A stretch of 64,000 nucleotides of DNA from Torpedo marmorata (GCA_977017645.1 OZ360236.1:50778001-50842000), one strand, 5' to 3'. Counted from the stretch's first letter, positions 1-13,325 are shown. The notes: generated by a model from the sequence alone, not told the origin. Translations and numbers: made by a program.

Positions 1-531
1 GGCAGTTTCCTCAGTTCTTTCTCCTACCGTCCTTCAGTTACTGCTGTCGCTATTGCTTGTGCTTCTGGCCAAACCTCCTCACCGTCACTGCAATCCAGAC
101 TCAAGAACAATTACTTCTTCCCAAATGCACATTTTACCTCTCCTAACATCAACGTTGTGTCTGATCACCCAAGGTCTTTTGCTTTATCACGTAATGTTTA
201 ATGTTCCCATTCCCTAATTCAAGATTCTCAAAACTACATCCCTCTACGTCTAATCTTTGATGGCCCTTGCCATGAGTGCTTTCTTCCATTGATCCTTCTG
301 CCTAACCTAGTTCCAGTAATCTTCCTGAACTACAGCCGCAACCCCCTTATATTTTTTTACCTACAACTGCAAGTCGAACTCACGACAAACCACATTGATC
401 TGTTCTGGTGCAGCAAGTAGAGGAAATATGTTTTTCACACTAAGTGCATAAGGGCTGCTGTCTTACATTTTTTGTCTCATTATTGATGAAATTTCACTGT
501 TGTGGCATACACACAAAACCAACGAAGGCAC

Positions 532-554
532 GGGTTAGGGTTAGGGTTAGGGTT
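532..554 (+). repeat. Short interstitial telomeric-type repeat (TTAGGG)~4
   Basis: gggttagggttagggttagggtt read directly. Confidence 0.8.
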
Positions 555-732
555 GCACCCTCCATCGACTGGTCGCAGTGATGCCTTTGAGTGCTTTTCC
601 TGATCTGAAGAATTTCTAGTTTAGTTAATCTCTGATTATTAAGATTCAGTGGATGAAGAATCTCATTTACTCATTCATTAACTATTCTCTCTTCACTGTC
701 TATTTATATCTAAGGGGAGAAAATTCAAAATT

Positions 733-1401
733 CGGAGTGGCAAAGGGACTTGGAGTCCTCATGCAGGAAACTCTAAAGGTTACCCTAAACGTTAACCTCC
801 AGGTTTAGTCGGTGGTGAAGAAGGCGAATGCAATGTTGGCATTCATTTTTAGAGAAATAATAACATATAAGAGCAGGGATTTAAAATGTTGAGACTCTAT
901 AGGGCACTGGTGAGACCTCACTTGGACTACTGTGTGCAGTTTTGGATGCCTTAGACTGGCGTGCTGGCATTGGCGAGGGTTCAGAGAAGATTTACTAGAA
1001 TGATACAAGGAATGAAAGGGTTATCATATCAGGAATGTTTGTCGGCTCTTGGACTGTACTTGTTGGAGAACAGAAGGATGAGGGGAGAACTCATAGAGAC
1101 ATTTCGAATGCTGAAAGGCCTGGACAAGTAGGTGTGGCAAGGTTGTTACCCATGGTAGGGGAGTCTAGGACAAGAGGGCACAATGTCAGGATGAAAGGGT
1201 GTCAATTTAAAACAAAGATGTGGAAAAATTTCTTTAGCCAGAGGGTTGTGAGTCTGTGGAACTTGTTACCACAGGCAGCTGTGGAAGTGAGGTCGTTGGG
1301 AGTATTTAAGTCAGAGATTGGCAGGTATTTGGTTAGTCAGGGCATCAAGGGTTACGGGGAGAAGTCCGGGAAGTGGTGCTGAGTGGGAGGATGGATCAGC
1401 T
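733..1401 (+). mobile_element. CR1 LINE 3' fragment (degenerate ORF2 C-terminus)
   Basis: ORF 1035-1382 contains CR1-typical SRTRGH...FFSQRVVSLWNLLPQ; upstream LYRALVRPHLDYCVQFW-like coding. Confidence 0.85.
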
Positions 1402-1406
1402 CACAC

Positions 1407-1443
<37 letters not shown>
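1402..1443 (+). repeat. (CA)n microsatellite
   Basis: Direct reading. Confidence 0.95.
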
Positions 1444-1444
<1 letters not shown>

Positions 1445-1612
1445 AATTAAAGTGAAAAGTGAGTTGGCTTCTTTTAACACATGGCTTGATTTAGATTACA
1501 ATCAAAGCAGTGAATATTGGTACAATTTAAAATAATGTAAAATAACTCAATGGCAAAAGCAAACATATCAAATTTTGTATATTTGCATGCAAAATTCTGA
1601 ACATCAATTTAA

Positions 1613-1802
1613 CCCTTTGTACTCCGGCCATTTTTAACCTTTCATAATATATACTCCGGACTGGGTCAATGCGTAAATTACAGTACAAACATCAGTACGA
1701 ACCAGCTGGTGGTTGGGTAGAAAACCAGTCCCGGAAAACAGGGACATGGAGTATATGCGCTTGTTGGTAGTCCCTGAAAACCAGGACATGGAGTCCAAAG
1801 GG
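1613..1802. mobile_element. piggyBac-like MITE, copy 1
   Basis: TTAA at 1609-1612 and 1803-1806; terminal inverted repeats CCCTTTG(T/G)ACTCC; homologous copy at 15645-16040. Confidence 0.85.
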
Positions 1803-1931
1803 TTAACGATTGGTAATATTTTAAATACAAAATTGATCTTCTATGCTTCCTGCCACCATTTAGAGAATAATTTAATCAATTACATTGTTCTGCAAGGTCA
1901 AACAAAATGGGTCGACTTCCTTCTGCATATA

Positions 1932-2247
1932 CAGGTTGTTCCCAGGTAATGCATGGGTTCCGTTTTTACGGACGCCCAGATGTCGGTTTTGTCCGAATAT
2001 ACACAAGTCGGAATATACACAAAAATCACTCATATGGTAACCTTAGCTCCATGGCTTTGTAATGAATGGCATCAAATGCACATAAGAATGATCAAAAATA
2101 ACAATTACTAAAAGTAAAAGAGAGAAACTACCGGTAGTTCTGTTGCTCATAGGAATGAATGTATCGATGGATTTAATAATATTATGTGGGGTCGTTCGTA
2201 TGTAAGGGACTGCATAAATTGAACATTTGTAACCCAGGGATGGCCAG
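1932..2247. mobile_element. Degenerate Tigger/pogo-like MITE
   Basis: TA-CAGG start; ends resemble those of the 46072-46413 MITE; inverted repeats diverged. Confidence 0.5.
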
Positions 2248-2557
2248 AACAATGACATTTCACAAAGTCCTTTATTTGTTTTAACCTCCTTCTTACCCCC
2301 ACTTACCCAGATACATGTTAAATGACACACGCATTCAGACACATCAGTACTTCCACACTAATGGAAACAGAGATAACAATCTGGCCCAGCCATATTATGG
2401 ACTGTAAATTGGGAATTAAATTCTGGATGTTGTTGAAAATGCTTTAAAAAATGTATTTCAGCATGAATTTCTATTCTTTTCGAACAAGTTAACGAAGTTT
2501 GGTATCTATAGAACCATAGCAATTTAGCCTTTGCTATTTTTTGTTACATGAGTATTT

Positions 2558-2812
2558 TAGCACCAATAGCCTGAATACGACTGGGATTGTCTGATCTCGG
2601 AAGCTAAGCAGGCACAGGACTGGTCAGTACTTGGAGGGGAGATCGTCTAGGAACACCAGGTGCTGCAGGTTTCTGTGAGGGGCGCTGGACAAAGTAGCGA
2701 CCCTCTGTCTGCCTTACGGTAGACAAAAATTAAAGAATTTCATGTATGTTACATTCTAAATGTAGTATTACGTGACAATAATGGAACCTTTACCTTTACC
2801 TTTTACCTTTAC
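2558..2812 (+). mobile_element. 5S rRNA-derived SINE (SINE3-type), copy 1
   Basis: Head gtctgatctcggaagctaagcagg...cagtacttggag...ggtgctg matches vertebrate 5S rRNA internal control region; unrelated body; (ACCTTT)n tail; second copy at 54599-54845. Confidence 0.9.
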
Positions 2813-3904
2813 TATCTTTTTCAAAAGTCCCAGAGCCTTTTATTGAGCAGCAAAATGTTGGTCATTGAATAACAATTCAAGAAAAGTATTTTTTTAAATG
2901 AGCAGGTTTTTTGATGATGCTGTGCAATTGGTCAAAGTGGAGTAAATTTGGATGGAGTTAACTAGATCCAACTATTTGTTTGGCTGCTGAGTATTTGGGC
3001 AGAATCCATCTCCTGGCTTAAGTTAACTTTATACGTGAGTGCAGTTAGAAAGGTAAAGGGATATTAGACACGTCGTGGCTGATACAGGGCTTCAGGTGAG
3101 CAATGGAGTGACATTTAGGTTATTGATCTGTACATATTAGATCATAAAGTTATATTCTGAAGACTTACTACCAATAATATTATTGTTGCAACTTTTACTA
3201 GACTGATTCTCTATACTTTATATTCTATGTGACTTTGGTGTTGAGTTTATTTGATGTACAGCTGATTGTAAGGTATTTGAGAGGTTATTGGGACATTTCT
3301 CCCATCATATAAAATTACTCAAAAAATTAGATTTGAGATATGAGCAATTTGACCCAATTATTTGATTGAATTATAGTCTCAAAAAACAAAATTATTGTTT
3401 GACTTGGATAAGCTGTACACACCATGTCTCCCCTATGCTCTTTTTTTGAAATACAAGAAGTCATCTTTGTGGCCTTAATGTCAGGGAGCTGATTGTTCAC
3501 CTTCTTTATTCTCCACTAGCATCAAGAAATCTTGATTAAACAAAAAGACAAGAAAGGCAGAAAGAATGATAAGCAATCTGCAGACAAGATTGTTAGTTGG
3601 CTTGTACATACCAAAGGCTGGGCAAAGTGGAAAATTGCAATCCCTCTTTATTTGTTAGCTCTCCTACCCCCACTTCATCTTATCCAACATTTGTATCAAG
3701 ACTTGGAATGAAGTATTGATTTTTGAAGATTTTTGTGGAATGAGAAGACAAGGAGATAACTTGTCGGTGAATAGAAAATAAACTTTGTTGGGGACAGTTG
3801 TGTCCTCTGAGTATTGCTTCCTGTCATTTGTAGTTTTGTTGATGGCCTTGTGTGCTCAAGTTAGTGCAAACAGGAAACTTGAGCAAAATAAAAATCAGAT
3901 GTTG

Positions 3905-3961
3905 AAAGAAAGAAAGAGACAGAGACAGAAAGAAAGGGAAAAAGAAAGAAAGAAAGAAAGT

Positions 3962-4012
<51 letters not shown>
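3905..4012 (+). repeat. (GAAA)n purine microsatellite
   Basis: Direct reading. Confidence 0.95.
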
Positions 4013-4013
<1 letters not shown>

Positions 4014-4787
4014 GTAGATGTGAAAGAATTCTTGCCTCATCCATGAATTAGTTTTGTGGCTGGTAAATGATTTTTCATTTATATTAAAAAAGTGTTTGTT
4101 TTGAGACAATATAAATATTTTATTCTTTTTTAAAGCATTGTAAAACCAAAGAAATCTTTATTTTGCATCTGAATAATGAAACATATTTGTTAGTCATTGG
4201 CAGTTAAGCACAGACAGGTATTTCTGGTCAATATCATAACATCGTCCTGTTGCAACTAGAATGTGAACGTAGAAGTTAATAATTATCTCTGGTTTAATTT
4301 TACAAAAACAAAATTGCTTTCCTGTAATATAACAAGAAAACCCTGACAATGTTTTCAAAGATAGTCAGTAAATTCTTTCAAACATTTCTGTGTCAAAGGA
4401 AGACAATAACATCCTACCATATTTTCAGTGAATGATTGCTGTCTGTTTTGGCTATATAATGCTCTGCTTTTAAAAATCAGTTCAAGTTGTTACCTGTCCC
4501 ACCTCCATGGAAACCCTTACTGCAATGCAATGATAATGATGAGTTTCTTGTCATACACATAAGAACAATGTATATATATGTCCCCATTCTTACTTGCTGC
4601 AGCCAAACAGGCACTTTGTAATAACAAGCAACCACCCTAATAGTGTGCAATTATTACCATACAGAAAGAGATAATAAATATAAAAGATAGATAATAAAAC
4701 ATTCACAGCTACAGTAGTGCAACAAAAAATGATTTTTCAATGCTATGGTGCAGTTTGGTGCATACAGCTGCGAGGGATAGTTCTACT

Positions 4788-5023
4788 GGGCGGCACGGTT
4801 AGCGTAGCGGTTAGCGCAATGCTCTTACAGCGCCAGCGACCCGGGTTCATATCCAGGGCTGTCTGTAAGGAGTTTGTACGTTCTCCCCGTGTCTGCGCAG
4901 GTTTCCTATGGGTGCTCCAGTTGCCTCCCACCCTTCAAAACGTACCGGGGGTTGTCGGTTAATTGGGTGTAATTGGGCTACACGGACTCGTGGACTGGAA
5001 GGGCCTGTTACCGTGCTGTATGT
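4788..5023 (+). mobile_element. tRNA-derived V-SINE-like element
   Basis: tRNA-like head with A/B-box-like motifs (ggttagcg...gggttca) plus V-domain-like ggtttcct..gggtgctcc.gtt.cctcccac; further copies at 8209, 29381, 57393. Confidence 0.85.
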
Positions 5024-5545
5024 GTGCTGGTGGAAAATCAAAATGGTAGTTGTACTAACAACCTTTATTCATACACTGTCATTAATAAAGCTGGACGTCC
5101 CAAAGTGCTAAACAGGAGCGTTATCAAACAAAATTAGACTTCAAGCTACACAAGGGGACACAAGTAGATCCATATTCAATGAGGTAAGTTTAAAGAGAAA
5201 ATAAATGGAGACTTACAGGTGAGGAGGTTTAAGGGAAGAAATTCCAAATCTTAGGGTTATGGCAAGTGCAAGTATGACCACGCATGGTGAACTTTTAAAC
5301 ACCTGGATTGGAGCCCAAATATCACTGATGGTTGTGGTCGAAGATGATGGAAATTGGGAGAACCAAGGTCCTGGAGAAAATTTCACACAAGGAGAATTTT
5401 AATTTCAAGGAGATTTTTTAAAAAATAACATTAATTAATAAAATGTGCAAGTTATAATAAAGTGAATTTATATCTTTCAATTCATGGAACAGATCATCCA
5501 TTTTTCTTTAACAAACATTCCATAAGCGACAGCTAAGCAATGATT

Positions 5546-5707
5546 CTTAAGCCTTCCTGTTCTTTCTTATTCCTTGAAGAAGGGTTCAGGCCTGAAACTT
5601 TGGTAATATATGTTTACCTCCTATTGGCACTGCGAGACTGTCTGAGTTCCTCCAGCATTTCTGTGTGTTTTTACTACAATCACAGCATCTGCAGACATTT
5701 GTGTTTC
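5546..5707 (+). mobile_element. Penelope-like terminal-repeat fragment with hammerhead motif
   Basis: ttgaagaagggttcaggcctgaaac motif; 14-bp TSD gctaagc(a/g)atgatt at 5532-5545 and 5708-5721. Confidence 0.8.
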
Positions 5708-5779
5708 GCTAAGCGATGATTGCACAGCTTCCAGCCTCCTACCACATAACGACAGAAGGATCCTGTACTTCTTGCAAAA

Positions 5780-6000
5780 GCTGGTGAATTTCTGGAATTC
5801 CCTACGCCAAGGATTGTGGAAGCTAAACCCCAGTGGACATTGAAAGACAAAGGTAGATAATTGTTTGAAATGTTCGGGAATTGAAGGATATGGAGAACTG
5901 ACACTAAAGATGTGATGGGCTGATCATCGTGATCACATTGAATGGTGAGGCAGACGAGGGACTAAGTGGCCTACAACTGCTCCTATTTTCTTATTTCTTT
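5780..6000 (+). mobile_element. Old CR1 3' tail
   Basis: gtgaatttctggaattcccta...gaatggtgaggcagac...gctcctattttctta, similar to other CR1 tails in the window. Confidence 0.6.
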
Positions 6001-6002
6001 AT

Positions 6003-6620
6003 ATTCCCCAGAGGAACTTTGCAGCATCTGACCTAAGCTTCAGTGCCTCTACCATCATGTCCTGCACCTCAGAATATGTTGGTTGAGGACAGTTACTCGC
6101 ACTGCAAGACCAGAAAGTTTCTGGCTGGCCAGAAGTAATTTGTCAACGAACTCAGAACCTTCCAGAAGCAGTTTATGTTTGTCATCGTATGCAGTATGCA
6201 TTCCTAGGAATAGCCAGTAGTTTGTAGACTCCTGCAAAGATCAGAGATCAGTTTCCAGACCTCTTGGCAACTGAACATTCCAGAAGGAGATTGGATGATG
6301 GCCTCATCCCTGCCATAGCCACTTAAGGGCCACATATCGTGGCAGTGGGACTCCCCTATAAACAAAGCGTCTGACAACAAGGGTTCTTTTCACCATCAGC
6401 AAGGAAGGTCTTGGTGCTTGTCTGAAAGTTCTAGGGACAAGGCATTCTGCTGAATGACTTTGAGAGGTTTCTCTGGAATCTTTATGCAGAAGGACGCCAA
6501 TGATTTTAAAATTAAGGAGTTGGTTAATTGAGAGCCAATGCAGTTCAGGGAGTCCTGCATTACAAATGGAATTAAGTCCAGAGGGAACAGATTTTATCCC
6601 AGATATCATCAGCATGACCG
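6003..6620 (-). mobile_element. Old Tx1/L1-clade ORF2 C-terminal remnant
   Basis: Frameshifted minus-strand translation resembles Tx1 C-terminus (QNA..PELS.KHQDL..L.V.R.L; LLLEC..AK.VW; RNLLV..; ALKL....AK..WG). Confidence 0.55.
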
Positions 6621-8208
6621 AACCTAAAGTACGAAAAATGTTTTAAATAGTTTCGCTACAATTTTATTTGAGCAGATATGCATATTCAAAATTTCAAAGC
6701 TTAATTCTGAAGATGAAGATGCTAAAATTAAAGAATATTTAAAAATCTGTCTGTAAGAGAAAGACTTCTTTAAATTGAGCCAAAATCGTTTTTTAAAAAA
6801 TGCTTGTTATAATAGGTACATTGTAATACTGAAGGTTGTTATAATAGTGTTCGACTTTATTCTGTAATTTACTCAAAAACAAAAATAAACTAAAACATGT
6901 GGAGCAGCAAAGTACAACCTCATGTAGAATTTAAGTGTGTGTAATTTGGGCTACAAACATCCATGGCATATTGTGAGTCTTTAGAAAGAAACTGCTACTT
7001 AACTGGAAATGACAGATAATTGTAGATAATTGTGTTCAGTTACATAAATGAATACACTGGAGTGTAAATAGAAAATGTTTCAGTTTTTCTCCCACATTTT
7101 CATTGCATTCAAGGGAAACATTCCTGAATCTATACTGTCAAATCATGCCTGTGAGAGATAACAAAAGGGAGCTGTATCTTATGAAAATAATGTGTACTTA
7201 ACAAAACCTTTGCACTGGTCAAAGTGTCTCAATAAAGCGAAACACACACAAGATAAAACTTGATACACCACTGATATGACAATTTAATTTAGATCAAATA
7301 AATCTCATTTGAGTCTTTGCAATATTTAATAAGGTCAACTGCAAAAAGATTCTTCAAACATTTCTGACTAAAAATAAATAAACACATTTATATTTCACCA
7401 TTCATGTGACATTCCAATCTACTTTGCAGACAATGAGTTATTATTGTAAGAATAGTCACTGGCCTGTGTTGGTGAACATGAAGATCAGGTTCTGCACAGT
7501 AAGGAAGCAACAAGATAAACTGAGAATGTTTCTGTTTTGGCTGAGGTGTGAGTGATGCAGATATTTTCCTTCTCTTTGAGGATTGGGAGTCATTAGAACT
7601 CACTTCCATGAAGGGCATTTTAGTACATGGACATTTTTCAGGCAGAGATAGATACATTCCTGAGAAGTAAGTGAGTAAATGTTTACTGAGGTAGATAGGA
7701 AGGCAGAATTGAGGTTACAATAAGATCAACCATAATATACAGTGATTAAATGGCAGGGCAGGCTTGAGGAGCCAATTGACCTTGTCATGAGTATTGGTGC
7801 AAGCCCTGGAAATACTTTCTTTTGTCTTCTTTGATGCTTTATGTTCTCCTGGTTGAACATTATGTTCTCTTGGTTTTATTGCTGATCGATTGTGTTCATT
7901 GAACCAGATGGAGGGATATGGCCAAGATTTTGAAATTTACAGCAGAAAGACTATCGCTTCCTTTGTTGTCTTGGGGCAGCTCAGAGACCACTGAGCGTCA
8001 TGATTCTGTCTGTGAATGCCAAGGCCGGTCACTTGCCTTTGCTCTGCATAGATTTTGCCTTGGACATTTCACTCTCCCCATCGATGGGCAGAATGCTGAA
8101 TGGCATCAAATCTCACCACAGCCGCCTATGCACTAAAGCACAATGCTCCATATGGATGCTGCTGCCTGCTTTGATTCATTGGTGGAATGACCACTGAACT
8201 AAAAGTTA

Positions 8209-8446
8209 TTTTTTTTAGACATACAACATGATAACAGGCCCTTCTGGCCCACGAGCCCGTGCCGCCCAAATACACCAATGAACCTACAAACCCTGTATGT
8301 TTTTGGAGGGTGGGGGGAAACCGTAGCACCCGGAGGAAACCCACGCAAACACGGGAACAATGTACAAACTCCTTACAGACAGCGTTGGATTTAACCCAAG
8401 TCGCTGGCGCTGTGTATCACGCCACCAGCTACGCTAACCGTGCTGC
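8209..8446 (-). mobile_element. V-SINE-like element
   Basis: Reverse-complement homolog of 4788-5023 with A-rich tail. Confidence 0.85.
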
Positions 8447-9121
8447 ATTATTGCCCTCCCAACATCTGTTTGAGCCTTAAATCAGGCATCAATCTAACCA
8501 GATCACAACTCCATTCATGGACTTGGAATGTTGGATCCAAGAGTGAACATCAATAGTGGAAAATAACTTGTACACTGACCAAATAAGTTTCCAAAAAGGT
8601 AGAAGCACATCTGATCAAGAAGTTATGTTAACCACATTCATTGATGGCTAACTCACAGATATAATTTAGTCATAATTTAGTTTAGATAAAATTGAACAAT
8701 TTGCCTGTGTAGTATGGGATCATCTGCAAATAAAAGTTGAAAAATATTGTCTAGCGACCAAATGGACAGAATTCATTTGTATCCACAGGATATTTCAAAG
8801 GGCTTTGTGGCTAATTATGGGGCTATCAATGCAATATTATAACAACCGGCACAGATCAGGGTGTGGGAATCCCCACTGATGACTCTTAATTCCCTGGTTA
8901 GAGCAGAAGACAAGTGAGATGAGGTCCTGCACTATCACAGCACAGGATGCAGAAGGGCTAAAATGAACCAGTAGTGGGAGGAGGTGGCCTGGGAAACTCA
9001 ATGATGCTCCGAGGATATGGTCTCAGTGAAGAGCATGTTTAACAATTGGATACATCTCGCCACGGTTGGTGGAAACAAGTGAATTACCGTACCCATGCAT
9101 TCACACAATACAGCACACACG

Positions 9122-9700
9122 TTTTATATCTATGACTGTGTGGCTCGGTATGACAAGAACACCATTTACAAATTTGATGACGATACCACAGTAGTAGGTT
9201 GTATAAAAAGGGGCGATGAGTCAGCATACAGGAGGGAGATTGAAAACTTGGCTAAATGGCGTATTAACAACATCCTCTCACTCAATGTCACCAAAACCAA
9301 GGAGCTGATTGTAGACTTCAGGAAGGGAAAAGTGGAGGTGTACGATCCATGATCATTTAGAGATCAGAGGTGGAGAAGGTGATCAAATTTAAATTTCTGG
9401 CAGTTACTATCTTGGAGGATCTTTCCTGCACCCAACATACTAATGTCTTTGTGAAGAAAGCGCCTCTACTTCCTCAGGTGTTTGCGGAGGTTCGGTATGA
9501 CATCAGAAACCCTGGCAAATTTCTACAGATGTGTGGTGGAAAGTGTGCTGGCCGGCTGCATCACGGTCTGATATGCGGGCACCAATATTTTTGAGTGGAT
9601 AGCCCTGCAAAGGGCAGTGGACACACAGCCCAGTGTATTCCAGGCAAAATTCTCCCTACCATTGAGAAAGTCTAAATGGAACATTGCCATCGGAGAGCAG
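9122..9700 (+). mobile_element. Rex1/Babar LINE RT fragment
   Basis: YDCVA..IYKF(A)[30 protein letters not shown] motifs. Confidence 0.85.
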
Positions 9701-10250
9701 ATTCAGATTTCAGATTTCAGATTTATTGTCAGAGTACATACATGACATCACATACAACCCTGAGATTCTTTTTCCTGCGGGCGCAGCAGAATTACCACTA
9801 ATTGGTAGTGCAATAGTAAACTGTACACAGCGTAAACATGTAAACAATCAAAAGAACTGCCAACAGGTAACGAATGAAACTGAAAATGGAACTGACTGTG
9901 CAATACAGAGAGAGCAAAGAAAAAAAATCAATAAAGTGCACGAGCAAGAGTCCTTAAATGAGTTCTGATTTGACTTTGTCGTTGAGGATTCTGTTCCTAA
10001 ACCTGGTGGTGCGAGTCTTGTGGCACCGATACCTCTTTCCTGATGGCAGCAGCGAGAACAGAGTGTGCGCTTGGTGGTGTGGGTCCTTGATGATTGCTGT
10101 TGATCTCCGACGGCAGTGTTCCCTGTAGATGTACTCAATAGTGGGGAGGGTTTTGCCTGTGATGTCCTGGGCTGTGTCCACTACCTTTTGGAGGGCTTTC
10201 TGCTCAGGGGTATTGGTGTTTCCATACCAGACTGTGATGCAGCCGGTCAG
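9701..10250 (-). mobile_element. Rex1/Babar 3' end with (AATCTGA)n tail
   Basis: IIKDPHH..LFSLLPSGKRYR motif; tgacaataaatctgaaatctg tail; abuts the opposite-strand copy of the same family. Confidence 0.85.
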
Positions 10251-10465
10251 AAGTGGTGGAAAAGTGACTGGAGGGGACTCTGAGGAATAGGATCTACCTG
10301 CAACAGGAAAGGCAAGGACTGATTAGGGATAGTCAGCGTGGTTTTGTGGGTGGGAAGTTGTGTCTCAGAAATTTGATCATGAAAAGGCGATGAAGAGAAT
10401 TGACAAGGTCAGATTGGTGGACATTATCTACACGGACTTCAGCAACGCATTTGACAAGGCTGGTC
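10251..10465 (+). mobile_element. CR1 RT fragment
   Basis: LIRDSQ.GF...VDIIYTDFSNAFDK motif. Confidence 0.7.
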
Positions 10466-10559
10466 CAGATTTTTACAATTTTAGGCAATCACTAACTCTA
10501 TCTGGTTCCACTGTTTCCACCTCTTCTTTACTTACTTCCATTCTCATTTTTCTTTCTAA

Positions 10560-10865
10560 TCTTTTTTTCTGTCCCTTCTCCACACCCTCTCCCCAAGTGG
10601 TCTCTCCCCCTGCCTGTCTCTCCCCCTCTCCCACCTTCATTTGACCAATATCCTTTCACTCTTTGGACCCTTTCCCTCTCCCCCACCCTCCCCCCCCCCC
10701 ACCCCTTTTTATGCTTACGATCTCCCCTTCCCACTTTGGTCTCGTTAAAGGGTCCCAGCACGAAAAGTTGACTGACCATTTCTCTTCATAGATGCTGCCT
10801 GACCTGTTGAGTTCCCCAACTAATGTTTGTTCACACAAGGTTCTAGCATCTGCAGTTCCTGTTCT
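10560..10865 (+). mobile_element. Old Penelope-like terminal repeat
   Basis: Pyrimidine tract, degenerate hammerhead motif (~10741-10772), gatgctgcctgacctgttgagttcc tail. Confidence 0.6.
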
Positions 10866-10983
10866 TCACCAGCATCAGGCCATTCATTTGAAAGGAATAT
10901 CATTATTTTTGCACTTGTTGCTAATCAAATGTATTTTCTATCTTGAGTGTAAAGATAACAATTAGGCTTCTCTTTTTCACTGG

Positions 10984-11145
10984 TCAAAGTTCAAAATTCA
11001 AAGTTTGAATTTATTGACAGAGTACAACATATGACATACAACCCTGAGGTTCTGTTTCCTGCAGGCCAGGCAGAACTTCTACTTATTGGTAGTGCAGAAT
11101 GTACTCAAGAAAAAGATACATATACAAAAGAGAGAAACGTAAACA
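10984..11145 (-). mobile_element. Rex1-type 3' tail fragment
   Basis: Homologous to the 9701-9850 tail. Confidence 0.6.
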
Positions 11146-11219
11146 CTTTCCATTCACCCCATTATCACATCTGATACAAATCATACAGATGGTGTAAACA
11201 TGTCCCTCCACTGTGAGAG

Positions 11220-11560
11220 GGAGGGAAGATTAGAAAAATAAGGGAGAACAGGGGCAGGTAAAGGACAGATGGAAAGAGTGGAACCAGATCAGGATGGGGG
11301 TTACCTAAAATTGAAAAAATCAATGTTCATGCTGTTGGGTTTATGCCTGTCCAGGAGGAATATGATATGTTGTTCCTCAGTTTACATTTAGCCTCACCCT
11401 GGCAATGGATATGTGTGTAGGAATGGTGAGGGAAATTAAACTGGTTGGCAGCTGGGAGTTCCAGCTTGCATCTAAGGACAGAGCGCAGGTGCTTCTCTAT
11501 TTTCTGAGATTCTGAGGCTAGTCGGTGTACATTGGGTGTCAACTGCACATGTGTGAATCA
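11220..11560 (-). mobile_element. Old Penelope-like GIY-YIG fragment
   Basis: LPAANQFN..H..H / KLEE.HIIF-like remnants. Confidence 0.6.
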
Positions 11561-11718
11561 ATTTCACAGTGTTAACATCAACGGGGCATTTCACTGAGGA
11601 TTGACATCACCCTGCTCTGTGTGGTTGCCGCATGGATGTGTTATGCATGTGGCATTTCTCAATCAGAGGCTCTATTAAATGTTTTCACACTGTTCGCTCC
11701 TGATTATACCGAACAATC

Positions 11719-13325
11719 AATTTCAGATTTCAGATTTATTGTCAGAGTACATACATAATATCACATACAACCCTGAAATTCTTTCTCCTGTGGGCCAGGC
11801 AGAATTAACACTTATTGATAGTGCAAAAAAACAACTGTACACAATGTACACATGTAAACAAACAAACAAATGAAAACAACTGACTGTGCAATACAGAGAG
11901 GAGAAATAAAAACAAACAATATAGTGCAAAAGGAAGAGTCCTTAAATGAATCTCTGATGGTGCGAGTCTTGTGGCACCTATACCTCTTTCCTGATGGCAG
12001 CAGCGAGAACAGAGTGTGTACTGGGTGGTGTGGGACTTTGATGATTGCTGCTGCTCTCTGATGGCAGCGTTCTCCATAGATGTTCTCGATGGTGGGAAGG
12101 GGTATGCCTGTGATGTTCTGGGCAGTGTCCACTACCTTTTGCAGGGCTTTACAATCAGGGGCATTGGTGTCCCCATACCAGACCGTGATGCAGCCGGTCA
12201 GCACACTTTCCACTACACATCTGTGGAAATTTGCCAGGGTTTCCGATGTCATACCAAACCTCCATAAACTCCTGAGGAAATAGAGGTGCTGATGTGCTTT
12301 CTTCATGATTCCATTAGTGTGTCGGCTCCAGGGAAGATCCTCCGAGATAGTGACTCCCAAGAACTTAAATTTGCTCACTCTCTCCACCTCTGATCCCCCA
12401 ATGATCACTGGATCGTACACCTCTGGCTTTCCCTTCCTGAAGTCAACAATCAGCTCCTTAGTTTTGGTGACATTGAGTGCAAGGTTGTTTTTGTGCACCA
12501 TTCGGCCAAGTTTCCAATCTCCCTCCTGTATGCTGACTCATCGCCTCTTTTATACAACCCACTACTGTGGTATCGTCAACAAATTTGTAGATGGTGTTAT
12601 TGTCGTACCGAGCCACACAGTCATAGGTATAAAGTGAGTAGAGCAGGGGGCTAAGAATACAGTCCTGTGGTGCTCCGGTATTGATGGAGATCGTGCAGGA
12701 GATGCATAATCTCACTGATTGTGGTCTGTAGGTGAGGAAATCAAGGATCCAGTTACACAGTGGGGTGTTGAGTCCCAGGTCTTGGAGTTTGCTGATCAGT
12801 TTTGAGGGGATGATGATTTTAAATGCCGAACTATAGTCGATAAAGACATCTTTGCCATCCAGGTGTTCCAGGGATTTGTGTAGAGCCAGTGAGCTGGCAT
12901 CCGCTGTAGACCTGTTGCGACGATAGGTGAACTGGAATGGATCCATGTCGCCTCTCAGACAGGAGCTGATATGTTTCATCACCAGCCTTTCAAAACACTT
13001 CATCACTGTTGATGTGAATGCCACTGGTCGATAGTCATTTAGGCAGGTTACCACACTCTTCATGAATGACGCTTGTTTGAAACAGGTGGGTAGCACACCC
13101 TGCAGGAGTGAGACGTTGAAGATATCTGTGAATCCGTAAGTTGGTCAGCACAGAGTTTTAATGCTCGGCCGGGTACTCCGTCCGGACCGGATGCTTTCCT
13201 CGGATTCACTCTCCTGAAGGCAGCCTGCAAGTCATCCTTGGATACGGACAGGAGAGGATCATCAGGGGACATCGGGGTGTGCCTTGGTGGTTCCTTCTTG
13301 TTTTTGCGGTCGAATCTGGGTTAGA
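11719..13325 (-). mobile_element. Rex1/Babar LINE, 5'-truncated RT pseudogene
   Basis: ORFs 13060-13272, 12458-13096 and 11812-12501: [51 protein letters not shown]; microsatellite tail. Confidence 0.92.

Noticed and set aside
2558-2672. Functional 5S rRNA gene
   Set aside because: Diverged 5' end, fused to a non-5S tail, dispersed, and the second copy has a TSD: a SINE
3785-4109. ORFs with KERK/FLSF repeats
   Set aside because: Translation of the (GAAA)n microsatellite
4788-4870. tRNA gene
   Set aside because: tRNA-like head of a multi-copy SINE; no complete cloverleaf seen
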